Assembly (NCBI GenBank): GCA_001917175.1
Contig: MNTV01000026.1
Coordinates: 817-64,816, forward strand
DNA from: Azospirillum sp. 51_20
GTDB lineage: Bacteria; Pseudomonadota; Alphaproteobacteria; RF32; CAG-239
Length of the DNA: 64,000 bases
Reading direction: 5' to 3'
Positions 27,316-34,868 of the stretch are shown here, piece by piece. The notes below the pieces were generated by a model that saw nothing but the letters and a program-made list of their open reading frames with translations, was not told the origin of the DNA and did not search any database. Every line of letters begins with the position of its first letter. Within the stretch, counting starts at the first letter, position 1. The position numbers were made by a program, and so were the translations under genes.

Positions 27316-27341
27316 TCAACCCTTGTCCTTATTTAAAAAGC

Positions 27342-27380
27342 GACACGGCCGGACGAAACCGTCCGTGTCATTTTTTGTTT
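27342..27380 (+). terminator. rho-independent terminator
   Basis: gacacgg(c)cgg-acgaaa-ccg(t)ccgtgtc (27342-27369) followed by ttttttgttt. Confidence 0.7.
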
Positions 27381-27410
27381 CAAATGTCTGAATAACCAGA
27401 TAACCAATTT

Positions 27411-27790
27411 GCGGCCGGTCAAGAAATTCCCGAACCGGGCATTTGCTGCCGGAAACGGTTAATGCTGCCTGCGGGAACCGGCGGAAGTTTATTTCCGCCC
27501 GGACTTCAAAACCTGTTCGCCCTTTCAAGGGGGAAAAATCTTTTCGCACCGGCCGGCAACCGGTTTACGTAACTCCCGAACCGGGCATTTGCTGCCGGAA
27601 ACGGTTAATGCCGCCTGCGGGAACCGGCGGAAGTTTATTTTTGCCCGACTTTTAAACCTGTTCGGCCTCTCAAGGTGGCAAAATCTTTCCGCACCGGCCG
27701 GCAACCGGTTTACGTAACTCCCGAACCGGGCATTTGCTGCCGGAAACGGTTAATGCTGCCTGCGGGAACCGGCAACCGGTTTATTGCGCC
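27411..27790. repeat. 145-146-bp tandem repeat, about 2.6 copies
   Basis: The cccgaaccgggcatttgctgccggaaacggttaatgc motif recurs at 27429, 27575 and 27720. Copies are over 90% identical. The last copy overlaps the stop codon of the J-domain gene. Confidence 0.9.
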
Positions 27791-28938
27791 GCAACGATTT
27801 TGCTTTCTTCCGGTATCGGATTACCGCGGCCTTTTTCCAACTCAGATTCCCGGACAAAGCCCATTTCGCCGTTGTCAAGCATGATCCGGTACCATTTTTT
27901 GTCCGGCGTAAATCCGGTAACGCGAACGGTATGTCCTTTTTCCGTCGTCGTCATCACATCAAACTTGTCGCCCGGCCCGTACATCACTTTGCCTTCGCCG
28001 GTCAGGTGATAGAGCATTTTTTCGTCATAGACGTCGACGGGAATGTCAAAGATTTTGGAAACCACCACGTCGTCAAAAGTTTCTCCGCCGTCGTTGAACG
28101 TCACTTTCTGGAAATAGGTGATTTCATGCTGCTTGGTCATATATTGCCGGAATCCGCCGAAAACGGAATTGACGACCGGAGAAAGCAAAATCATGACCAG
28201 CACGAACGGCACCAACAGATGCGCCGTTTTCAAACGCAGCCAGCGCCAGCGGGGCAACGGCGGAATTTTGCAGTTCAGCCGGGCGATAAAGCGCTCAACC
28301 AGCGGCCGCTGTTCCGGCAAAGCATATTCCAGCGCCTGCGCGGCGGAATACGCCGCCTGACGATCCTTGTTTTCCTGATGATAGGCCAGCGCATTGTGCA
28401 GCAAAAGAGTCAGGTTGTCCTGCCGGTTGCTTCCGGTTTTGCGAAAATTTGCGGCAATCGCACGGCAGTTGGCGGCAAAGGCCTTAATTCCCCACCAACC
28501 GGCCAGCCAGTTGACAAGAGAACATTTCAGAATTTCGTTAAAAGCCTGTTTTTCGCTGCAAATCAGGCGTTCTTCCCGATCGGTGCATTTGATCAGCCTG
28601 CCGGTCACGTAACGCAGGTCAAACACCCGCACGTCGGGATTTTCCGCTTCCATCCGGTCTTTGAAAATGCTCAGCGCATCCATCTGCGGAAAATCGTCCT
28701 TCCCGTAGACACAGGCCAGCAAATCGTAGGTCAGGCGCTTTTCCTCATCCTGCAAAACGTCATAAGCCACCGAAATTTTCTGGAAATGCTCCATCGCGTT
28801 TTCCGCCTTATTGTAGTCGGGGTGCCATTCTTTGGCGCGGTCGCGGTAGCTCAGCTTGATCGTCCGCGCGTCGGCGTCGGGCGAAACTTCCAAAACCTGA
28901 TAGTATTCCAACGGGTCACGATTGTACATTTTTTTCAT
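27781..28938 (-). CDS. J-domain (DnaJ-like) membrane protein with C-terminal SH3-like domain
   Basis: J-domain YYQVLEVSPDADARTIKLSYRDRAKEWHPDYNK (HPD present). Hydrophobic segment LLVPFVLVMILLSPVVNSVF. C-terminal GHTVRVTGFTPDKKWYRIMLDNGEMGFV. Start ambiguous (ATG 28938 or 28929) and overlaps the flhG stop. Confidence 0.8.
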   Translation of the reverse strand: MKKMYNRDPLEYYQVLEVSPDADARTIKLSYRDRAKEWHPDYNKAENAMEHFQKISVAYDVLQDEEKRLTYDLLACVYGKDDFPQMDALSIFKDRMEAENPDVRVFDLRYVTGRLIKCTDREERLICSEKQAFNEILKCSLVNWLAGWWGIKAFAANCRAIAANFRKTGSNRQDNLTLLLHNALAYHQENKDRQAAYSAAQALEYALPEQRPLVERFIARLNCKIPPLPRWRWLRLKTAHLLVPFVLVMILLSPVVNSVFGGFRQYMTKQHEITYFQKVTFNDGGETFDDVVVSKIFDIPVDVYDEKMLYHLTGEGKVMYGPGDKFDVMTTTEKGHTVRVTGFTPDKKWYRIMLDNGEMGFVRESELEKGRGNPIPEESKIVAAQ

Positions 28939-29725
28939 CCTGTAAAATTTTTCTTGCAATTTCGATTACGTCCGCGGCCGCCTCCGAAGTCGGATAACGG
29001 CTGATGAGCGGCATCTGGTTGCGGATGGCATCGCGTACGCGCGCATCGCGGCGAACAATCCCTAAAAGCGGCGGCGAGATTTTGAGAAAAGTCTGGCAGG
29101 CCTTTTGCAGAATATCATAGGTCTGACGGCCTTCGCGCAGAGTGTCCGCCTGGTTGACCACGATCTCCAACCGGCATTTCGGGTACTGCATGGCCATCAG
29201 TTTGACAAAGGCATAGGCGTCGGTCAGGGCCGTCGGTTCGTCGGTGCAGACCACGATCACCCGTCCCGACATGCCCGACAAAATACGGATGGATTTTTCC
29301 ACCCCTGCCCCCATGTCGAGAATCACCTTGTCGTACGCGCCGGACAAAAGCGCCAGGTCTTCGGCCAGAATCTGCAAACGGCCGACCGGCATCGAAGCCA
29401 GCCCGGCCGAGCCCGAACGTCCGGCAATGACGTCAAAACGGCATTTGTCACAATAGTGAACCACCTGGTTTAAGGTGGTGGTTCCGGTAACCACGCTGCC
29501 CAGATCAAACGGCACCATCAGCCCCAGCTGAACATCGATGTTGGCCATACCCAGATCGCCGTCGAACAACAGGGTTTTCTGCCGCAGACCGCTCAAAGCA
29601 TGCGCCAGAGTGATCGAAAACCAGGTTTTGCCGACCCCGCCCTTGCCCGAGGCGACCGCAATCATCCGATCGGCTTCAAACCGCCGCGGACTGCAGATTC
29701 CCGCCGTCAAGTCTTCTTCCCGCAT
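28916..29725 (-). CDS. flhG: MinD/ParA-type ATPase FlhG (YlxH/FleN)
   Basis: Deviant Walker A IAVASGKGGVGKTWFSITLA and LLFDGDLGMANIDVQLG. Located directly after flhF. Confidence 0.85.
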   Translation of the reverse strand: MREEDLTAGICSPRRFEADRMIAVASGKGGVGKTWFSITLAHALSGLRQKTLLFDGDLGMANIDVQLGLMVPFDLGSVVTGTTTLNQVVHYCDKCRFDVIAGRSGSAGLASMPVGRLQILAEDLALLSGAYDKVILDMGAGVEKSIRILSGMSGRVIVVCTDEPTALTDAYAFVKLMAMQYPKCRLEIVVNQADTLREGRQTYDILQKACQTFLKISPPLLGIVRRDARVRDAIRNQMPLISRYPTSEAAADVIEIARKILQDEKNVQS

Positions 29726-29743
29726 CCGTTTTCCCCTTTATAT

Positions 29744-30688
29744 TCATGCCAGCAGCAACCGGGCAAGCGAAGGCCCGTCAAATTCCGACAGCCCGTTTGC
29801 CATGCTGGCGGAAACCGAAGCCCGTCCGAGCTTGAAACCGCCTTTAAGCGCTGCCGTCAGCACCCCGCCGATCCGCCGGCAGAGGTCGAGTTTGGTCGGC
29901 AGCAGGCAGTCCGCACCGAGCGAAGCAAACAACGCCGCCGCTTCGCCGGCGTCACAGGCATTGTATCCGGCGTCAAGAGTCAGCACCGTTTCGCCGCCGG
30001 CCGCTTTCAGCAGGGCGGACAGGCGTTCGCGCTCGGAATCGAGAAAAGGATTGGTGCCCGGCGTGTCAACCAGCACCAAACGGCCTTTTTCCGCACCGGC
30101 TACCGCCGCCGACAGCTGCTCCGGTTCCCGTGCGGCCAGAAAATCCGCCGACAAAACGGCCGCCAGGGACTTCAACTGAGCATTGGCGCCGGCACGCACG
30201 CCGTCGGCGCTGATCAGCGTGCAGGCAATGCCTTTACGGCAGGCAAGCGCCGCGGTTTTGACCAAAGCGGCGGTTTTGCCGCTGCCCTGAAGACCGGCAA
30301 ACACCTTCACCGGATTTTTCCGATCCAAAAGATCATAAGCGGCAAACAAACGGTTGAAAACCGCGGTTAAAATCCGCACGTCGTCCTTCTCCCCGCCGGC
30401 CGCCGCCTCTTCCCGGCACAGCGCCAGCAGTCTTGCCCGCACCGCCGCGTCAGCTTCGTGATAGTCCAGCCGTTCGCGGATCAGGTTGTCGCTGTAAGCC
30501 GCCGCGTAAACCGCAGGTTCGGCACCGTCCGCAAATTCGATTTCGTCGGTTTCCACCGCAGCCACCAGTTCGCTGCGGCCGTCTTCGCTCTGCGAGGTGG
30601 AAACGATTACCGCTTCCGGCCCCAGTTCTTCTTTCACCCGCCGCATCAGACGGATCATGTCTTCGTCAACGAATTTTTTTATCCGCAT
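29744..30688 (-). CDS. flhF: flagellar biosynthesis GTPase FlhF (short form)
   Basis: N-terminus MRIKKFVDEDMIRLMRRVKEELGPEAVIVST. SRP-type G motifs GLQGSGKT, DTPG and TKLD. Confidence 0.8.
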   Translation of the reverse strand: MRIKKFVDEDMIRLMRRVKEELGPEAVIVSTSQSEDGRSELVAAVETDEIEFADGAEPAVYAAAYSDNLIRERLDYHEADAAVRARLLALCREEAAAGGEKDDVRILTAVFNRLFAAYDLLDRKNPVKVFAGLQGSGKTAALVKTAALACRKGIACTLISADGVRAGANAQLKSLAAVLSADFLAAREPEQLSAAVAGAEKGRLVLVDTPGTNPFLDSERERLSALLKAAGGETVLTLDAGYNACDAGEAAALFASLGADCLLPTKLDLCRRIGGVLTAALKGGFKLGRASVSASMANGLSEFDGPSLARLLLA

Positions 30689-30939
30689 GCGTTTTCCTCT
30701 TCCAAAACTTTTGTCACGGCAATGCCCAGCCGGCCGTTTTCGACCATCAGTTCGCCTTTGGCCACCACGCTGCCGTTGACGCAGACGTCAACTTCGTCGT
30801 TCACCCCGCGGTCCAGCTCCAGCACCGCGCCTTCTTCCAGTGCCAGCAGCTGCCCGATGGTAAGACGGGTCTGCCCCAGCACCACCGTCACTTCCACCGG
30901 CACGTTTGACAACGGTTCCAGTTTTTCCCGATCAGTCAT
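30679..30939 (-). CDS. fliN: flagellar motor switch protein FliN
   Basis: SpoA domain: VPVEVTVVLGQTRLTIGQLLALEEGAVLELDRGVNDEVDVCVNGSVVAKGELMVENGRLGIAVTKV. Confidence 0.85.
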   Translation of the reverse strand: MTDREKLEPLSNVPVEVTVVLGQTRLTIGQLLALEEGAVLELDRGVNDEVDVCVNGSVVAKGELMVENGRLGIAVTKVLEEENACG

Positions 30940-31462
30940 TTTTCTCTCCCGTCAGCATTGCTTCCAGCCGGCGGATTTTTTCCCCGCCGCAAAACGCGGT
31001 TTCGCCCTGCTGCCAGCAGATCCGGCAATCCGCCGGCGCCAGCGTTTCGTCCTCATGCAGCAGGATGCGGCCGGCAAAACCGTCGGCGGCAGCCGTTTCC
31101 GCCAGAAACGGACGAACAACGGCAAGCGTCCGCGGATGGAAATAAAAATCGAGCGCCTTTTTCTCGCCGAGACGGGGGAAATTGTCGGCAATAAAACGGC
31201 TGACCACCGCCAAAGCATTTTGTTCCAAAAGCGCCGGAGAAAGTTCCCGCAGGATCATCCGGATCAGGCGCAGGTTGTCATTTTTCTTCCCGTCCAGCAG
31301 CAAATCCAGCCGCGCCCGGACGTTTTCCAAAACTTCCGCCGTTTCCGCCGACGACGTTTTTTCCGCCGCCGGAAACGACCGGCGGTTGACCGCAAGATCC
31401 AGTACCGCCGCGCTGCCGTCCGCAATTACGAAATTGTCAAACTCATAGGGCCGGCGGCTCAT
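30932..31462 (-). CDS. FliH/FlbE-like flagellar assembly protein (weak call)
   Basis: Its position between the fliF/G gene and fliN matches the alphaproteobacterial fliF-fliG-flbE-fliN order. The C-terminal LAPADCRICWQQGE resembles the FliH C-terminus. Confidence 0.45.
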   Translation of the reverse strand: MSRRPYEFDNFVIADGSAAVLDLAVNRRSFPAAEKTSSAETAEVLENVRARLDLLLDGKKNDNLRLIRMILRELSPALLEQNALAVVSRFIADNFPRLGEKKALDFYFHPRTLAVVRPFLAETAAADGFAGRILLHEDETLAPADCRICWQQGETAFCGGEKIRRLEAMLTGEKND

Positions 31463-32844
31463 CAGACGCGTCCCCCGTTCATTTTCCGCAGGCGGATTTT
31501 GCCGACGGCCGCCAGCCGGGCGGCCTGTTCGATGATTTCATCCTGCGCGGCTTCCACTTCTTTCAGCTTAACCGGACCGAGCGCGGCCATTTCTTTCCGT
31601 ATAAAAGCAGCGGCTTCCGGCGACATGTCGGCAAAAAAGCGCTGTTTCAGCCGTTCCGAAGCTCCGCGAAGCGCCACCGCCAGCCGTTCGGCTTCCACTT
31701 CGTCAAACAGACGGCGGATATCATCGTCGCTTACCGCGTTAAAATCTTCAAAATTAAACATTGTTGCCCGCAGCCGGCCGGCCAGCACCGGATCTTCCGT
31801 TTCCAGCACCGACAAAAGCTCCCGGCGACGTTCTCCCCCCGCGGCGGCAAACAGGGCAAAAGCACGTTCGCGCCCGTTGGGAACGCTTTGGGCAAAATCG
31901 CGCGACAGGGTTCGTTCAATCTCCGCGGCAATTTCCGGCACCACCGGCGCGGAAACCGCCATCGCCGCCAGCACGCCGGCAGCGAAGGGAAGCGGCAGCC
32001 CGTTCAGCACCGTTTCCGCCGTCGGCCGGTTCAGCCGCAGCAGCACATAGGCCGCAACCGACGGACTTTCGCCCGACAGGTAGGCCGCCAGCGCTTCGGC
32101 ATCGGTATTTTCAAGCGTTTTCCAGACAGTGTTTTTTCCGCCGTCTTCCTGCCGGCGCCGGCGGCCGCGGAAAAAGTTCAGCCCCCACACCGCCAGCCCG
32201 GCGAGAGCGGCGGCCAGCAGCAGCGGAACAATCTGTCCCTTGCCTGCAAACGAAACGTTTTCGATTTGCAGAATGTCGCCCCGCCGCGGTTCAAAACCGA
32301 TAACCGGCGCTACCATCGACGCCAACCGCACGGCTTCGCCGTCCCGGCAGACGCCGTCGGGACAAAGGCCGTCAACCAGCACCAGCGCGGACAACCGTTT
32401 GCCGCGCCCGCCGCTTTTTACCACGCGGCGGCTGTATCTGCTGATCTCATATTCGGCTTCGCTGGCGAAATTGGCCGCCGCCGTATAAGCGCGCAGCACC
32501 TGTCCGTCGGGATCAAAAATTTCTTCGCCGGAACTGACGGTGTCATAATCGATTTCAAGCCGCACTTCCGCCCGCACTTTTCCTTCGCCGACAAACGGTT
32601 CCAACACGCTGACGATGCGGCGGGCAAGATAAGCCTCTTCGGTGCGGCGGACGGCTTCGCGGCCGTTTTCCGCGGCTGTTGCCGGCATCTGCGGCCGGCT
32701 GAGCGCCAACAGCACCGCCACCACCGCCAGCCCGGCGGCAAAACTGACGGCTGCCGCCAGCAGCCCCTGCCCGAGCGGGCAGTTTGTTTCAGAACGTTGC
32801 AATTTTTCCACCTGATTTTTCAATTTTCTTCCCTGTTTAAGCAA
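31462..32844 (-). CDS. FliF(minimal)-FliG fusion protein
   Basis: The N-terminal half has TM1, FliF RBM3-like blocks (IVSVLEPFVGEGKVRAEVRLEIDYD; GFEPRRGDILQIENVSF) and TM2. The C-terminal half is FliG middle plus C domains (MFNFEDF; ALRGASERLKQRFFADMSPEAAAFIRKEMAALGPVKLKEVEAAQ). TTG start assumed. Confidence 0.7.
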   Translation of the reverse strand: MLKQGRKLKNQVEKLQRSETNCPLGQGLLAAAVSFAAGLAVVAVLLALSRPQMPATAAENGREAVRRTEEAYLARRIVSVLEPFVGEGKVRAEVRLEIDYDTVSSGEEIFDPDGQVLRAYTAAANFASEAEYEISRYSRRVVKSGGRGKRLSALVLVDGLCPDGVCRDGEAVRLASMVAPVIGFEPRRGDILQIENVSFAGKGQIVPLLLAAALAGLAVWGLNFFRGRRRRQEDGGKNTVWKTLENTDAEALAAYLSGESPSVAAYVLLRLNRPTAETVLNGLPLPFAAGVLAAMAVSAPVVPEIAAEIERTLSRDFAQSVPNGRERAFALFAAAGGERRRELLSVLETEDPVLAGRLRATMFNFEDFNAVSDDDIRRLFDEVEAERLAVALRGASERLKQRFFADMSPEAAAFIRKEMAALGPVKLKEVEAAQDEIIEQAARLAAVGKIRLRKMNGGRV

Positions 32845-32881
32845 AATAGCCTTTTCCGGCCGATTGTTAAAAGCAAATTCT

Positions 32882-33640
32882 TCAGATATTCACAAACTTA
32901 GCCAGCGAATTTTTCAGTTCCGCGACCGCATCGTCATCGTTTAAGCGGTGGTCGGAAGACTTCAGCAGCTTAACTTCCACGTTTTCGGAAGCAAGCGCCG
33001 CGGCAAAATCAAGAGCAAAATGCCACGGCAGGCAGGCATCTTTCATCCCCTGGATCAAATGCACCGGACAGCCGACCGGCCATGTTTTTTCCCCTTCGGG
33101 CAGACATTCCGCCGTTGCCGTGTCGATAAAACGCCCGGTTATGGTATAGGTAAAATCGTCGGTACCGAAAGTAAACCTGCCTTTTTCCCGCAGTTCGGCT
33201 TCCTGTTCGGGGGTCACCAGTTTGGCAAAACGCCTGACGAAATTCGGCGCCGCCGCCAGCCCGATCACGCCCCTGACCCGTTCCGGCCGCTCAATCGCCG
33301 CCAGCAGCGACAGCCAGCCGCCCATCGACGAACCGACGCAGACGATATCGCCGGCCAGCGCTTCGTCGATTACCTCAAGCACCTGCTCTTTCCAGATTTT
33401 GAAATCGGCCTTTGCAAAATTTTCCCGGTCCGAACCGTGGCCGGCATAGTCAAAACGAAACAGACCGACGCCGTGCGCCAGACAAAAGGCCTTGACCGTT
33501 TCCGGTTTTCTTCCCCAGCAGTCGGAACAGAAACCGTGCAGGTAAAGGACGGTCGGACGGCCGTTTTTTGGCGGAATATGCTCAAAATCTGTTGCAAAGG
33601 CGGATTTAAAAGTGTACTTTGGCATCAATTGACAACCCAT
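32882..33640 (-). CDS. alpha/beta-fold serine hydrolase
   Basis: LYLHGFCSD, nucleophile elbow VGSSMGG and C-terminal SSDHRL. Alternative start at ATG 33625. Confidence 0.8.
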   Translation of the reverse strand: MGCQLMPKYTFKSAFATDFEHIPPKNGRPTVLYLHGFCSDCWGRKPETVKAFCLAHGVGLFRFDYAGHGSDRENFAKADFKIWKEQVLEVIDEALAGDIVCVGSSMGGWLSLLAAIERPERVRGVIGLAAAPNFVRRFAKLVTPEQEAELREKGRFTFGTDDFTYTITGRFIDTATAECLPEGEKTWPVGCPVHLIQGMKDACLPWHFALDFAAALASENVEVKLLKSSDHRLNDDDAVAELKNSLAKFVNI

Positions 33641-33681
33641 AACGTAAATTATACAGAACTGTGAAGGATTATATTAAGAAA

Positions 33682-34836
33682 ATGTCGAAAGGTAAAGAAC
33701 AAAAACCGGTTATTCTGCAAGTGCTGCCGGAACTTGACCACGGCGGGGTGGAAGTCGGGACGGTGCAAATCGCCGACGCCCTCCGGCAACACGGCATCAA
33801 AAACTTCGTCGCTTCCGCCGGCGGACGCATGGTGCACGATTTGGAAAAAATCAAAGTGCCCCATATTACGCTGCCGCTGAAAACCAAAAATCCGATCAAG
33901 CTTTACCTCAATTCGCTGAAGCTGGAAAAAATCATTAAGGAAAACGGCATCAACATCGTGCATGCCCGTTCCCGCGCGCCGGCCTGGAGCGCCTATTGGG
34001 CGGCCAAACGCGCCGGCGTCAAATTCATGACCACTTTCCACGGCACTTACGGACTGGGGCCGAAGGGAATCAAGAAATTTTATAACCGGGTGATGACCTA
34101 CGGACAGCTGGTCATTGCCATTTCCAACCATATCAAAAAGCATATCACGGAAAATTATCGGATCAACGAAGACAAGATCCGCCTTATCCACCGCTGCGTC
34201 GACATTGAAAAGTTTTCGCCGGCGGCAGTTTCCCAGGAGCGCATCATCCGCGCCGTGCAGGAAAACAACATTCCGGAAGATCTGCCGGTAATTTCGCTGA
34301 TCGGACGGATTACCCGCTGGAAAGGCCAGCACGTGCTGCTCGAAGCCCTTTCCAAACTGAAAGACCGCGACTTTTTCTGCCTCATCGTCGGTTCCGACCA
34401 GGGGCGCGTCAAATATACCGAAGAACTGAAAGAACTGGTGAAAAAATACGGGCTTGAAAGCAAAGTCAAATTCATCGGCCAGAGCTTTGACATTCCCGCG
34501 CTGCTGATGGTTTCCGACATCGTGCTGTCGACCGCCGTCGAGCCGGAAGCTTTCGGCCGCGCCGCCATCGAAGGTCAGGCGATGGGCAAAATCGTGATTG
34601 CCTCAAACCTCGGCGGTTCGCTCGAAAACACCATTGACGGCGTGACCGGCAAGCTTTACGAAAGCAGCGACCCGCAGGCTCTGGCCGACGCAATCCGCTG
34701 GGCGCTTGACCTGCCTTTGGAAGAAAAGAAAAAAATTTCCGCCGCCGCAATCAAAAACGTAAAAGAAAATTTTACAAAGCAGATAATGTGTGATAAAACG
34801 ATAGCGGTTTACAACGAACTGATCAACATGGATTAA
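33682..34836 (+). CDS. glycosyltransferase family 4 (GT-B, group 1)
   Basis: EX7E region EPEAFGRAAIEGQAMGKIVIASNLGGSLENTIDGVTGKL. Start at ATG 33682 (the listed ORF starts at GTG 33661). Confidence 0.85.
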   Translation: MSKGKEQKPVILQVLPELDHGGVEVGTVQIADALRQHGIKNFVASAGGRMVHDLEKIKVPHITLPLKTKNPIKLYLNSLKLEKIIKENGINIVHARSRAPAWSAYWAAKRAGVKFMTTFHGTYGLGPKGIKKFYNRVMTYGQLVIAISNHIKKHITENYRINEDKIRLIHRCVDIEKFSPAAVSQERIIRAVQENNIPEDLPVISLIGRITRWKGQHVLLEALSKLKDRDFFCLIVGSDQGRVKYTEELKELVKKYGLESKVKFIGQSFDIPALLMVSDIVLSTAVEPEAFGRAAIEGQAMGKIVIASNLGGSLENTIDGVTGKLYESSDPQALADAIRWALDLPLEEKKKISAAAIKNVKENFTKQIMCDKTIAVYNELINMD

Positions 34837-34868
34837 AAATTTCAATTTAACAAAAAAGGATAAAGATA

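Noticed and set aside
26788-27319. Three overlapping minus-strand ORFs (102-172 codons) made almost entirely of F/S/L/C
   Set aside because: They are the translation of the polypyrimidine complement of the purine tract. There is no RBS and no plausible protein composition.
27411-27790. Possible CRISPR array
   Set aside because: The units are about 145 bp and directly abutting, with no unique spacers. No cas genes occur in the window.
27443-28009. Repeated ~70-codon + strand ORFs (MLPETVNAACGNR...)
   Set aside because: They recur only because they lie in the 145-bp DNA tandem repeat. Their composition is R/P/G-rich, and one runs antisense into the J-domain gene.
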